From a virus: 64,000 nucleotides of DNA. The position numbers and the translations under genes were made by a program. The DNA lies in IMG/VR virus record IMGVR_UViG_3300010413_000015, positions 1-64,000 of that record. One strand, written 5' to 3'. Shown one piece after another: positions 36,439 through 46,538 of the stretch. Numbering within the stretch: the stretch's first letter is position 1; every line of letters starts with the position of its first letter. The notes under the pieces are model-generated. The model was not told where the DNA came from. It saw only the letters and a list, made by a program, of their open reading frames with translations, and made no database searches.

Positions 36439-37847
36439 TACAGGTCATTCCCCCTGGACTTCTTGGCGCCGAACGAGGCATAGCCAGCGCTGAAGATGAC
36501 ACAGGCCGCTTCCGTGCGGAAGAGGTCGTAGTCATAGTATCCATCCCAGGACAGACGCCAGACGCTTTCCAGGTCGTCAATCATGGGCGGGGTGTGAAGC
36601 TGCGGAACCTGGCCAAAGCCACCGACCACAGCACCAGGTGCGGCCGCCACCACGGCCATGTGAACGTGCTGGCCCTTGGTGATGAACGCATACTCGCCAG
36701 CGCTACAGTCATTGGCAGCCTCGGTCACATATTCGCGCAGGATGGGCTTGTGGAGCGTGAGCCGACCATTGCCACTGTCCACGCTTACCACCTGCCGCCA
36801 GGTGAAGGTGTCATCGGTCGGGAGGGGAGCGCCCACAACGTCGAACGGAGCCGTAGCCCCATCGCTCTTGCGGGTGTGAATGGTGATGATGTCACCAGGC
36901 TTGATGCTGGCGATAGAGCCCGTGGTGAAGCTGCCCAACTGGATGTAGTGAGTCTGACTCCCGGCCGCCTGGCCAACCTCGTAGCTACCGAACACCTTGG
37001 TGTTTCCCGGGTCGGGAGCGCCGTCACCAGCGGTGATAGCCGCCGAGACTGGTGCCTGAGCCACGATGTTGCCGCAGTTCCACAGGGTGTTGATGGGGTG
37101 ATTCAAGTATCGGATGCCCTTGTATGCGCCCATCTCGTACCGCATGATCTGGCGCATCCCTTCACCCGAGTACTTAATCTTGTCGATGAAGTTGGAGTCC
37201 TTCTGGGCCGCGTTGATAATGCCCGGCGAGGCATACGCCACAGCCGTCAACCCACCCGGCGCGTTCGGGTCTACAACCTCATGGTAGGCAAAGTTGAGCT
37301 GCAGGTCCATGGCAATCTCGGGGTCCCATAGGTCCGAATCGCCCAGGCCACTGAAGCCCGTGCTGCCATCAACGAAGTACCGCATGGGGAGGGAGATGAA
37401 CTTGTTGCGGATCTGGTACTCCATAGTGTCCACAATGGCATTGCCCAAGAGCTCACGTGCAAGGCCGACAAAGCCGCTAGCACCACGTCCCCCGGTCGTG
37501 AAGAAAGTGACCATGGGGTCATACTTGTGGAAAGCGAGCTTGTCGCCATAGTGGCTCATGGTAATGCGCATGCGCCAGCCATCGGTGTAGTTGCTATTCA
37601 GCCAGATGTCGCGTAGGCCGATAGAACCGATAGCAGGTTCCAAGTCATAGAGACCGGTCCAGATGATGGTGCCGGTATCCACAGCGTTGAAGTCCACCTT
37701 GACTGGAACCATCTGGCCATAGTTGGACTTCGTGCGGTACGCACGCTGCAACAGCGGAACGTACCACGGTCGTTGGTTTAGGTCCCAGGCACTCCACGGC
37801 TCATCGCCGTAATAGGTGTCAAGACCAGTTGTCGCTGACCTAGCCAT
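36438..37847 (-). CDS. major capsid protein with insertion domain
   Basis: 469 aa after scaffold; YEMGAYKGIRY and DDLE...RLSWDGY motifs of HK97-fold (N4 gp56-like) capsids; strong RBS. Confidence 0.75.
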   Translation of the reverse strand: MARSATTGLDTYYGDEPWSAWDLNQRPWYVPLLQRAYRTKSNYGQMVPVKVDFNAVDTGTIIWTGLYDLEPAIGSIGLRDIWLNSNYTDGWRMRITMSHYGDKLAFHKYDPMVTFFTTGGRGASGFVGLARELLGNAIVDTMEYQIRNKFISLPMRYFVDGSTGFSGLGDSDLWDPEIAMDLQLNFAYHEVVDPNAPGGLTAVAYASPGIINAAQKDSNFIDKIKYSGEGMRQIMRYEMGAYKGIRYLNHPINTLWNCGNIVAQAPVSAAITAGDGAPDPGNTKVFGSYEVGQAAGSQTHYIQLGSFTTGSIASIKPGDIITIHTRKSDGATAPFDVVGAPLPTDDTFTWRQVVSVDSGNGRLTLHKPILREYVTEAANDCSAGEYAFITKGQHVHMAVVAAAPGAVVGGFGQVPQLHTPPMIDDLESVWRLSWDGYYDYDLFRTEAACVIFSAGYASFGAKKSRGNDL

Positions 37848-37871
37848 TGTTTCCTCCTAGTGTTAGTTTGG

Positions 37872-38828
37872 CTAGCCCATTGTCGCTGGCATCTTAAAGT
37901 TGTCCATGCGTCGTGTGAGCTCTCGGATCTGGTCGTACATGTCGTTCACACTCGGCGTGGGCTGGAGCTGGCCTCCATGCTGTCGCTGGACATCTGGGTC
38001 GTTCAGGAGCCGGAAATACGTAGCCTCGATTTCCGTTTGCTCGTTCAGGGGAAGCTCGTCAAAGGCCTTAGACCCCATAGCCTCCATTGCTTTCAGGAAC
38101 TCCTGATACACACCTTGCGCACCTCCTGGTGCACCGGGTGGCAAAGCACTCCCTGGACCTGTACCTTCCAGCAGGCGCGTTTGCGCCTCATCCTGGGCCT
38201 GCCCCTTCAGCGTGGCAAGCTTCTCGATGACTGCCTCTATCTCTGCCCGTTGGGCCTGGTCGTTCACGGTATTGTCGGGGTTGATGGATGGCTTGATGAC
38301 CTTGATACGGTCAGCAAATAGGTTAAGGGGCAACCCGTGTCCCTTGGCCCCGGGCTTTGTGTACTCCTCAAGAAGCATGTCTCGATACTGCTCTGCTCGC
38401 TTCTGTTCAAGTGCCACTGTCAAAGGGTCTAGCGATTGTCCTTGTGCATTTCCGTCGGAAACTGGGGCCGGGGCCGGGGCCTGCGGAGTTTTTCCTCCCC
38501 CCTCCGGGGCCGGGGCCTGCGGTGCGGCAAGCTTGCTAAGAATCTCGCCTACTTGCTGTTTGAGCGTAGCGAACTCGCCATCCAGCACCTGTCGGGCCTG
38601 CGTCATTTCGTTGACCTTCCGGTCAAGACCCTGGCGCCGAGCCTCAGATTGCTCGTACAGGGCCTTGTAGTCCGGCTGTCCGGGCCCACTGCCTATGGCT
38701 TCGCCAAGGGTGGGCAACGTCCTAGTGTCCGGACCATGCGGTTGGGCCGAGGTCGCCTGCGGGGCCTGTTGTGGCACCCCGGAGCTATCCCCGGAACCTG
38801 CTGGCTGCGGAACTGTGTCTGGCATCAT
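37872..38828 (-). CDS. capsid scaffolding protein
   Basis: Pro/Ala/Gln-rich with coiled coil (DYKALYEQ...RQGLDRK), directly upstream of capsid gene. Confidence 0.65.
   Translation of the reverse strand: MMPDTVPQPAGSGDSSGVPQQAPQATSAQPHGPDTRTLPTLGEAIGSGPGQPDYKALYEQSEARRQGLDRKVNEMTQARQVLDGEFATLKQQVGEILSKLAAPQAPAPEGGGKTPQAPAPAPVSDGNAQGQSLDPLTVALEQKRAEQYRDMLLEEYTKPGAKGHGLPLNLFADRIKVIKPSINPDNTVNDQAQRAEIEAVIEKLATLKGQAQDEAQTRLLEGTGPGSALPPGAPGGAQGVYQEFLKAMEAMGSKAFDELPLNEQTEIEATYFRLLNDPDVQRQHGGQLQPTPSVNDMYDQIRELTRRMDNFKMPATMG
38449..38461. repeat. dispersed palindrome copy 7
   Basis: TTTCCGTCGGAAA inside the scaffold gene (VSDGN). Confidence 0.95.
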
Positions 38829-38837
38829 ATCCTCCCG

Positions 38838-39113
38838 TTATCTGTCTTGTACAACAATCAAAAAGCTTCGGACCCCGGTTCGAGAACCGTTGGTTGTGAC
38901 AGTGTCCTCGATTCTGTAGGTGCTGCCGGCTGTGCCACCCGAGAGCCAGACTGTGGTTGTCGTGTCTGTTTTAGAGTCGGCACCCTTGGTAATGCCGGCT
39001 TCTGCAGTCCAGGTGCTGGTCGAGATGGTCTCGCCGTCTCCCAACCAGTCTGACCAGTCGATGCGATAGTCCAGGGTTTCCCCGGGGTCCTTCTTGAAAC
39101 TCGTGGTGGCCAT
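38838..39113 (-). CDS. fibre adaptor protein
   Basis: FKKDPGETLDYRIDWSDWL...VWLSGG...Y motif. Confidence 0.75.
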   Translation of the reverse strand: MATTSFKKDPGETLDYRIDWSDWLGDGETISTSTWTAEAGITKGADSKTDTTTTVWLSGGTAGSTYRIEDTVTTNGSRTGVRSFLIVVQDR

Positions 39114-39123
39114 GCTACACTCC

Positions 39124-39498
39124 TTAGTCCAGGGTCACATCCAGGTCCCCAAGGGGAATCCTGAACGTGTCGCCAGAGTTGACCGACTTGGCTCCACCGG
39201 TAACTGCCCCACTCCAGAGACAGTTGCCACTTGACTCGGCATCCCAGCAGCACACGTAACTCACAGAGCATGCAGGCATGTTTGTGAAGTCAATGTTGCT
39301 CTCGTTGGACACGGCCCCGCCAGAGGAAGTAGTGAAAGTGTCAGTCTTCCGGATGTAGGACCCGCCGCTAATCTCGGCTGCCCCAGTTTCGCCCGGGTCC
39401 CCACTGTGCAGGGAGACGTAGACCGTGGCTACAGAGTACGACGTGGCGTTGAAGACCGCATCAAGCAACTTGTCCTCACAGTAGTTACTAATTGACAT
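39124..39498 (-). CDS. fibre-associated structural protein
   Basis: SNY.EDKLLD, YVSLH..DPGE, EISGGSY.R, WDA...GN.L motifs. Confidence 0.75.
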   Translation of the reverse strand: MSISNYCEDKLLDAVFNATSYSVATVYVSLHSGDPGETGAAEISGGSYIRKTDTFTTSSGGAVSNESNIDFTNMPACSVSYVCCWDAESSGNCLWSGAVTGGAKSVNSGDTFRIPLGDLDVTLD

Positions 39499-39506
39499 GG
39501 TTCCTC

Positions 39507-41324
39507 CTATATAGTTCTGTCTTCATAGAGGACCTCATGTTTGCGGTCCTCGTCGATGATGGGAGTAACCCGCTGCTCTGGAATCACCAGGTATATCCTG
39601 ATTGCCGGCGTCTCAGAAAGCATGATGGTTAGTCCCGCTGCAGACAATCCACCCTGACCGGACAGAGTGGCGGAAACGGGGACAATGAGGCTGGCGGCAG
39701 CATCCAACCCGCCCAGTCCTGCCAACTGGGCATCCCCTAAGATGATAAGCAAGGTGTCGCTGGCAAGGCTTCCCGTCCCGGTCATTGCGGATTGCCCTAG
39801 AACGAATCTCGTCAGGTCTGCGGTCAGGTCCCCAGACCCCGCCAGCTCAGCCTGCCCTATTACGTACACAGTGGCGAGTGCATCGAGCGCTCCAGCGCCT
39901 GACAGGATGGCTCCACCAGTTACCATCCCACTGACATCCCCCGCCGCAGTGAGTGTGCCTAGGCCTGAGAGAATTGCCTGGGCGGAAATGGTCAGCATTG
40001 CGCCACTGACAAGGTTCCCGCTACCCGCCATAGATATCTGTGCGGGTATTTGCAGGTACCCACTTGTGGTGAGAGCGCCAAGGCCCGACATTGCGACCTG
40101 GGCCGAGACCATTCCTGCTACCCCACCATCTGCGACAAGTGCACCTAGACCCTGCATTAGGACCTGGGAGGGAATAGTCAGGTATGCTAAGGCCGTAAGG
40201 CCCCCGGCACCAGTCATCAGCACAGGTCCCAGGACAATGCCATGACCGTCAGATGTTAAGGTTCCTAGCCCACCCATCTCCACCTGAAGCGGGACGATTC
40301 TGTAGGTGCTTGCCGTGAGGTCTCCGGCCCCAACCATGCTCGAGGTCAGGATAACCACATTGACCCCTGCTGCATCGAGGGTGCCCGTCCCCGACATATC
40401 CACTTGGGCCGGGATAGTCAGGAAGGCACTGGCGGCAATATCCCCTGTTCCATCCATGGCCACTGCACCAGTGACCGTCGCCAGGGCTGCTCCATCTACT
40501 GTTAAGGTTCCAAGTCCCTCAAGAAGAGATTGGGCCAGGACAAAGAGGTTTGCGTCTGCTGTTAAGTCCCCTGCCCCAGATAGGTCTACTTGGCCCATGA
40601 CAAGGGAGTATCCAACAGCATCTAGTGTCCCTGTCCCTGACATCTCGACCTGCGCAGGGACTAAGACCAGGGTCGTTGCATCGAGAGCGCCAGTTCCTGA
40701 TAGCTCCGCTGCCAGGAGGGCCATTTGGTAGCCTAGTGCATCTAGGCTGCCCGTCCCGCTCATGGCGCTTTGGCCAAGAACGAAAAGGTTTGCGGACCCC
40801 GTAAGCGTGCCTGTTCCCGACATGGCCACAGCGCCGGTTACTGTTTGGGTCCCACTTGGGACCTCAAACTCCGCCCACGAGACCTGAGCCTGGTTGTTAC
40901 CCCCGGCGTTCACCGTGACATTAAATCTTAGGCGGAGGGCCGAGTAGTCGGAAATACTATTGGCCTGACTCTCAGAGAGCGTCTGTGCAGCAAGAGTAAA
41001 TGTCGTTGATGGATTCGCGTGCGTCCATGCGGCGATCTCCGTATCGGCTCCTTGCCGCAGGCTGACTATCAGGGTAAGGTCCTTGTTGCTTACCGTCCTT
41101 CTGTAGGTGTACCGAACTACATGCCCCGTGCTGCTAAGTGGGTCGGCAACGGATGATAAAGCGATCTCACCTTGCCCCGTCATGTTAGACTGGGAGTAGA
41201 TGTAATCGCTATCACTTCGGGTCAGCTCGTCAATGGCAGTGTAGATGTTTGTCTGGCTGCTACCTGCACTCTCCCACCAGATTCCTACACTGATATCGCT
41301 CGAGGGCCTGGCATAGTTCGGCAT
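39507..41324 (-). CDS. repeat-rich fibre protein 2
   Basis: ~20 (M/L)SGxGxLxA repeats with ~21-23 aa period; C-terminal TP..RI...EDR repeats. Confidence 0.7.
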   Translation of the reverse strand: MPNYARPSSDISVGIWWESAGSSQTNIYTAIDELTRSDSDYIYSQSNMTGQGEIALSSVADPLSSTGHVVRYTYRRTVSNKDLTLIVSLRQGADTEIAAWTHANPSTTFTLAAQTLSESQANSISDYSALRLRFNVTVNAGGNNQAQVSWAEFEVPSGTQTVTGAVAMSGTGTLTGSANLFVLGQSAMSGTGSLDALGYQMALLAAELSGTGALDATTLVLVPAQVEMSGTGTLDAVGYSLVMGQVDLSGAGDLTADANLFVLAQSLLEGLGTLTVDGAALATVTGAVAMDGTGDIAASAFLTIPAQVDMSGTGTLDAAGVNVVILTSSMVGAGDLTASTYRIVPLQVEMGGLGTLTSDGHGIVLGPVLMTGAGGLTALAYLTIPSQVLMQGLGALVADGGVAGMVSAQVAMSGLGALTTSGYLQIPAQISMAGSGNLVSGAMLTISAQAILSGLGTLTAAGDVSGMVTGGAILSGAGALDALATVYVIGQAELAGSGDLTADLTRFVLGQSAMTGTGSLASDTLLIILGDAQLAGLGGLDAAASLIVPVSATLSGQGGLSAAGLTIMLSETPAIRIYLVIPEQRVTPIIDEDRKHEVLYEDRTI

Positions 41325-43060
41325 TAGTCCACCTGCCCATTCTGAGGGGCAAAAAGCCTTGTTTCCGGCTGAATGGCCCTCATGCGCTGCTCCACCATAA
41401 TCATGACCTGTCTCAGGTCCTCTCTTTCCTCCGGGCCCCTGTCCTCTAGGGCAACCTGCAGTTCTTTCAGGTCAAACCGCACGGCTACGATTCTCTCTGG
41501 TGGGGTAACTGACCCCGGAGGTGGAACCACATACCCGCCAGGGGTCATTGTTCCCAGACCAGAGAGGGCTGCCTGTGCTAGAATGGTAAGGACCGCATCT
41601 GCCGTCAGGGCACCTGTCCCGCTCATGGCCACCTGAGCTGTGACGGCCCCTATGACATCCCCGCCAGAGACTAGGGACCCTGTCCCCGACAGGGTTGACT
41701 GAGCCAAGATTGTCAGCAGGGCGTCTGCCGACAAGGCTCCGGCCCCAGTCATGGCCACAGACCCAGAGACAATGCCTAGGACGTCTGCCGACACGGTCAT
41801 GACACCAGCGCCAGAGAGAGGGGCCGAGGCCAGGACATACACCATTGTGTCTGAGGACAGAGAACCTGTTCCTGATAGCGGTGCGACCGCGTACACATAG
41901 ACCAAGCTACTTGCTGTAAGTGCCCCCGATCCGGTCATTGTGGTGGACCCAGATACAATGGGGACGAGTTTGTCTCCGGCGGCGGTCAGGGCCCCCTGCC
42001 CACTTAGGGCCGCAGGGCCAAGCACATAGAGGAAGGCGTTTGCAGTCAGGCTCCCGGTCCCGGACATCGGCACCACACCTACACGGAACAGGTGTGACCC
42101 AGAGGTAAGAGCCCCTGCTCCAGACATGGCACTCTGCCCAAGGGCAACCATGTAGGCATCTGCATCCAGCGTCCCTGCGCCAGACATTGGCACGGCGCCT
42201 GTCACGTAGTTGACCAGTGTGTCGCCTGCGGCAGTGAGTGCGCCTACTCCCGACATGGCAGACTGGGCAAGGACAAACAGGTTGGCGCTTGCTGTCAGGG
42301 CGCCTGTCCCTGACATAGCTGTGGCCCCGGTGACTGTACCACTGCCAGCCCCCTTGAACGTCGCAACACACGCAGCCCAGTCGCGGTCGGTGATGCCTGT
42401 TTTCGCGGCAGTCTGCGCCGTGGTCGCGCTGACAATCTCCGCAGCACTGCTAATGCAGACATTCGCCGTTGCACCATTCGCGTTAGTGCCAGCCCATAGC
42501 TCGTTGCCTGAAACGTATCCGGCCCCCGTCGTCCAGGTGCCTTGCGTATCGTCGTTTGGCCCCTCTGTGCCAATCGCGCCAATGGCTAGCTCGTCAGCTT
42601 GGCTTAGCGTGTCCGTTGCACCGGAGGAAGGGCTGGTGCCGCTGCCCGTACTGCCGGCAGCCTTGTCTAGTGGGCTAGAATCAAGACCTTTGGCGTGGTA
42701 AAAGCTGACCGCCGTGGCATAGGACGATGCGCAGGAGATTCTTATGTAGAGGTCTGAGCCGCTAGCAGTTGCTTCCGCTGCGTCATATATAGCTTGCGTG
42801 ATGACAAGATAGCGGATCACCGCTGTGACATTGCCTGAACTGGATGCGGAAGCCCCCAGGGTGGCGGCCTGGGCCTGTGTCCAACTGGAACCATCGCGGG
42901 AGAAGTAAATACTATCAGGAGCCCCGCTGTCTCCAGCATAGGATGAGATTGCTACATCGCCCACCTCAAAGGTTGACCAGGGGATCGGCGTGTCGGAGTC
43001 CATATAGGCTTGGGCCTTATACTGTGCTCCTTTGCCCCAAGAGGCTACAGAGATCGCCAC
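41324..43060 (-). CDS. repeat-rich fibre protein 1
   Basis: Same repeats and C-terminal motif as the neighbour, different N-terminal domain. Confidence 0.7.
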   Translation of the reverse strand: MAISVASWGKGAQYKAQAYMDSDTPIPWSTFEVGDVAISSYAGDSGAPDSIYFSRDGSSWTQAQAATLGASASSSGNVTAVIRYLVITQAIYDAAEATASGSDLYIRISCASSYATAVSFYHAKGLDSSPLDKAAGSTGSGTSPSSGATDTLSQADELAIGAIGTEGPNDDTQGTWTTGAGYVSGNELWAGTNANGATANVCISSAAEIVSATTAQTAAKTGITDRDWAACVATFKGAGSGTVTGATAMSGTGALTASANLFVLAQSAMSGVGALTAAGDTLVNYVTGAVPMSGAGTLDADAYMVALGQSAMSGAGALTSGSHLFRVGVVPMSGTGSLTANAFLYVLGPAALSGQGALTAAGDKLVPIVSGSTTMTGSGALTASSLVYVYAVAPLSGTGSLSSDTMVYVLASAPLSGAGVMTVSADVLGIVSGSVAMTGAGALSADALLTILAQSTLSGTGSLVSGGDVIGAVTAQVAMSGTGALTADAVLTILAQAALSGLGTMTPGGYVVPPPGSVTPPERIVAVRFDLKELQVALEDRGPEEREDLRQVMIMVEQRMRAIQPETRLFAPQNGQVD

Positions 43061-43062
43061 GG

Positions 43063-43386
43063 CTACACCTCACCTGGCCACTGAGCAGAGAACTCGTAGG
43101 TACCCATCTCGATGCCGCTCGGTTCCCACTGTTGCGTCAGGTCGTTCCAGTAATCAGGTTGCCAGCCAAGCTGTATGCCAGATACTGGCCATTCTGTGGT
43201 CTCCCCTGCAGGGCCTACGGCCGTGAAGACAAGCTCGCCGTTGTCGTATATACGCCCCACGGCATCGTGGAGACTATTGTTAATGCACCGTATGCGTGAG
43301 ACTCGCCAGTTGGCGTTGCTCACGTCGTACTCCACCGTCACTGCGCCGTCGCCAAGTGTTGCGTACTGAAAAGTGACAGTTGCCAT
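43063..43386 (-). CDS. hypothetical protein
   Basis: 107 aa, GGAG RBS. Confidence 0.6.
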   Translation of the reverse strand: MATVTFQYATLGDGAVTVEYDVSNANWRVSRIRCINNSLHDAVGRIYDNGELVFTAVGPAGETTEWPVSGIQLGWQPDYWNDLTQQWEPSGIEMGTYEFSAQWPGEV

Positions 43387-43464
43387 GCTGTCTCCCTATG
43401 AGTTCAGGCGCATCAGCCGCAATCAAGGCAAACATGACGCCGACTTATTTAAGAGCCAGAGAGG

Positions 43465-43734
43465 TCACACTGGACTGACAGCAAGCCAGGTCAGCTTGTC
43501 TCCACTGGTAGCAGCGTCTACATACAATTCAGACAGTCTGCCAATGTAGTCAGTGGGGCCGTCACTCTTAGACAGCACTAGGGCCGTAGACATGGTCACG
43601 CCCTTCTTCCCGATGCCCACATGGCCCGTGTTGTCCGGGTGTGCCCTTACTACATAGTGCTTGACAGCCGTGTCTGTGCCTGCTAGTACGGCAGTACCAG
43701 CAGAGGCTACTGTTACCTGTCCACTATCAACCAT
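43465..43734 (-). CDS. small beta-rich structural protein
   Basis: GQVTVASAGTAV, AHPDNTG.V.IG, LSELYVDA. Confidence 0.6.
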   Translation of the reverse strand: MVDSGQVTVASAGTAVLAGTDTAVKHYVVRAHPDNTGHVGIGKKGVTMSTALVLSKSDGPTDYIGRLSELYVDAATSGDKLTWLAVSPV

Positions 43735-44143
43735 TTCGTTCCTCCAGCTTCCGCTCTAGCCTCTCAGTAGATTTGCACTGGTCGGCAACCATTGTGACTA
43801 AGCCACGTAGCACCTCAGTTTGCGTATTGATGTTCTCTGCCAGGCGGTCAATTGCTTTAGTTAACGCACTGGGTACGTACCACACAAAGACACCATCCGC
43901 GTTCTTTTGGTTGTGCCAGTCGTATAGGTCGCTGACTTGCCTGGCTACAGGTTTCATTTCTTCCGTCGCCCTCTGCAGCTCCAGAAGGAGCTGCTCTCCA
44001 ATGGACCGCTCCTGATGCTTCCCGTTTCCCGTGAACTTCTCTACGAGTGGCTTTAGCCACTCGAGAATTATCCGGACTAGCAAGATTGCAAAAATGCCCC
44101 CCACCCCCACTTGTAGAAGAAGATTGGTGTCAACGCCTTCCAT
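43727..44143 (-). CDS. membrane protein with coiled coil (holin-like)
   Basis: N-terminal TM (QVGVGGIFAILLV) followed by coiled coil. Confidence 0.55.
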   Translation of the reverse strand: MEGVDTNLLLQVGVGGIFAILLVRIILEWLKPLVEKFTGNGKHQERSIGEQLLLELQRATEEMKPVARQVSDLYDWHNQKNADGVFVWYVPSALTKAIDRLAENINTQTEVLRGLVTMVADQCKSTERLERKLEERNG

Positions 44144-45904
44144 TTAGCTGCTCCTTGTAGTAGATGTAGTAGGCTTTGCAGGGGCCATCCCCTGAGGCTG
44201 CTTAGCCGGTTGAGTAGGGCCCGGTTCCATAGTCTGTCCGCTGATCTGGGGCAGCGCCAGCTTCGCATTCTTCGGGTTCTCCGTCTTTGTGACCTTAATG
44301 GCACGTCCTGCTACGGCTGCCTCTGATTCTGCTTTCCATGCAAGGTATTCAAAGAGCTGTTCCAGCTCCTCGTCGATGTCCTCAATGTCTCCCAGCCGGC
44401 CGAGCCACTCCTTAGGACTAATGGCATCTGCCGTGACCAGCCGGGTAACTTCGTCGATAATCTCTATGCGGTCCCTTGGAACCACCGGCCGGAACTCCAT
44501 GTTCTGCCTGAGGTGAAACATGGAATCGGAAATGGCCGGGACAAAGTTGGTGCCCCGTTTGCGCCACCAGATGACCAGGGCCATCTCATTCAGGCCGCCC
44601 CTTCCTGCAATGGACTGCGACCAGTGACTGCGCTCCCAGTCAACCAGATTGGTGGTGGGAAGCATCTCAAGGGCAATGGCCAAGCCCGATTTGGCCCCTT
44701 CAGACAGACCTCGCGCAGCAGGGGTAAGGCCGGCAACGCTCTCAGAGAGGGCCAGAAGCCGGTCGGAAAACTCGCCAGTCTGCTCAGGGACCTTTGGAAG
44801 AGGGAACTCGTGGACTTTCGGTGGGTTTACGCTGCGCGTTAGGCCCATGTTCAAGGCGCCATGGCGGGGGATGGGAATGGTTCCCGACTTCGAGCCGGGA
44901 CCTGTATAGTCTGATATGCCGAAGGGAGGATGTGCTCCCCTGGTAAGGGCATCCCCATAGTCGGCAAGGGTCTTGTTCAGCTCATTCTGCAGGCCTTCCA
45001 GGTGATAGGCCAGGCTGTCTCCCATGAACCGCCCAACCCGGATTCTGGGAATGTACTGAAAGGGAATAATCCCGCGCCCGGTGATGGGGTGTTTCCATGG
45101 GTTGTCACCCTCCAAGGCAACCCCGTCCGAGGGGCGTCGGGCAACAATCCCGTTCTTGTTGTTCCGTCCAGCGAAGACACGGATGGAATACCTCTCGGCA
45201 TCCCAGTATTCGACGACAGGGACTTCATCGTGGTCACGGTAGTCTCGCAGGTCTGTCTCGGTCATGCCATACTTGGTAATGGCCACTGCCTTAGGCACGC
45301 CGAACTTGAGCTTTACGGCCAGCAGGTCTTCATACCTGGTGGGGTCCCAGATGGGGTAGAAATACTCAGGCTGGATGGTCTCAAGCTGGATACCATACAC
45401 CGCACTCGGAGACCAGGGGTTCCATGACATCTTAACAATGGTACCACCGGCCCATTGCTGAATGGATGCGAGAGGGCGGAGTAAGTGGGATTGGTAGAAC
45501 CAAAAGTACTGCATGATGTCCTGCAGCTTACTGGCAGCCTCTTTGGCATCTGGACCAGGGCGACCAGGAACGCCAGGGTCTACATGAATGGTAAACAGGT
45601 CGTTTGGGTTTGAGGAGGTCTGTCCCCGCCCCCACAACATGCCGGCGTGCAGGTTGCAATACGCAGCCACAAGATTGTAGCGGACTGGCCACCTGTAATT
45701 CTTCTCTTCGTCACTTGAGGGGTCTGTACTAGAAGAGACCGTTTCCTCAAGCCTGGACCCCTCGAACAATCCCCTCCACTCAGGGTACCGTTCCATGTAC
45801 CAGTCGAGCTCGGGCTGTCTTGCCAGGTCGGGGTCCTTGTCTCCAACGGCCCGGACATCAGCGTAACCTGAGAGGGGAATGCTTAAACCTGGTATGTAGG
45901 GCAT
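44144..45904 (-). CDS. portal protein
   Basis: VRYNLV..YC, VEYW, GIIPFQYIP, G.S....LQNELN..L, EELEQL motifs; between terminase and scaffold. Confidence 0.82.
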   Translation of the reverse strand: MPYIPGLSIPLSGYADVRAVGDKDPDLARQPELDWYMERYPEWRGLFEGSRLEETVSSSTDPSSDEEKNYRWPVRYNLVAAYCNLHAGMLWGRGQTSSNPNDLFTIHVDPGVPGRPGPDAKEAASKLQDIMQYFWFYQSHLLRPLASIQQWAGGTIVKMSWNPWSPSAVYGIQLETIQPEYFYPIWDPTRYEDLLAVKLKFGVPKAVAITKYGMTETDLRDYRDHDEVPVVEYWDAERYSIRVFAGRNNKNGIVARRPSDGVALEGDNPWKHPITGRGIIPFQYIPRIRVGRFMGDSLAYHLEGLQNELNKTLADYGDALTRGAHPPFGISDYTGPGSKSGTIPIPRHGALNMGLTRSVNPPKVHEFPLPKVPEQTGEFSDRLLALSESVAGLTPAARGLSEGAKSGLAIALEMLPTTNLVDWERSHWSQSIAGRGGLNEMALVIWWRKRGTNFVPAISDSMFHLRQNMEFRPVVPRDRIEIIDEVTRLVTADAISPKEWLGRLGDIEDIDEELEQLFEYLAWKAESEAAVAGRAIKVTKTENPKNAKLALPQISGQTMEPGPTQPAKQPQGMAPAKPTTSTTRSS

Positions 45905-45913
45905 ATTCACTCC

Positions 45914-45950
45914 AAAAACAAAAAGAGCTGGAGCACATGGCTCCAGCTCT
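45914..45950 (-). terminator. intrinsic terminator directly upstream of the portal RBS
   Basis: 11-bp perfect stem AGAGCTGGAGC/GCTCCAGCTCT followed on the - strand by TTTTGTTTTT. Confidence 0.8.
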
Positions 45951-45969
45951 AGCTGCAAACTCCTTAAAC

Positions 45970-46200
45970 TTATTGTAAGGACTTGGCTTTACGCTCTGCC
46001 TTTTTCTGGTCGGCTTCTCTCATGACACATATCAGGTCATCGAGAGAGATAGGCCATTCTAGCTTGTCCCACCCCCACCAAACGTGGAGGGTAAACCCCT
46101 CTGGCCTGCCAATGATTTCCTTCTGCTTCCCCCTGCGGAGGAGGATGAAGCCCGAGACCTCGTCGTACTCGAGCTGTGGAACTTCCTTGTCTGTGGCCAA
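45970..46200 (-). CDS. hypothetical protein
   Basis: 76 aa, TTG start. Confidence 0.45.
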   Translation of the reverse strand: MATDKEVPQLEYDEVSGFILLRRGKQKEIIGRPEGFTLHVWWGWDKLEWPISLDDLICVMREADQKKAERKAKSLQ

Positions 46201-46229
46201 TTATACCATACCCTTGTCCGCAATGTCAA
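46200..46229 (-). promoter_or_regulatory. sigma70-type promoter
   Basis: TTGACA-N18-TATAAT with TG extension on the - strand. Confidence 0.75.
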
Positions 46230-46260
46230 ATAGGCATTCACAAAGACGGTAGATGCGCAA

Positions 46261-46527
46261 CTAGCGATTATCACGGACTTCACGTGGGCCCCTTTCCTCT
46301 CTAGCGGCTTCTTGCACTGGCAGAATCCCGTCGTAGAAGAGCACTTTCACCGTACTCATCCCTAAATCTGAGTGCCCCAGCTCAATAAGCCGCATTTTGA
46401 CCAACAGCCACCAGTGTTGGTCCCAGTATTCCATGACTTCCGGTCCCAGGTGTTTCCCTGACCACCGATAGATGGCCAGCCAGAATTTCCGACGGAAACG
46501 GACCCAGGTTTCACGCATCCTTTCCAT
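46261..46527 (-). CDS. hypothetical protein
   Basis: 88 aa, GGAG RBS. Confidence 0.5.
   Translation of the reverse strand: MERMRETWVRFRRKFWLAIYRWSGKHLGPEVMEYWDQHWWLLVKMRLIELGHSDLGMSTVKVLFYDGILPVQEAAREERGPREVRDNR
46486..46498. repeat. dispersed palindrome copy 8
   Basis: TTTCCGACGGAAA, read FRRK in the 88-aa ORF. Confidence 0.95.
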
Positions 46528-46538
46528 TGCAAAGCTCC

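Noticed and set aside
40948-44769. Half-sites GTCGGAAA at ~40948 and ~44762 (also a near match at ~59924)
   Set aside because: Only one arm matches; not counted as copies
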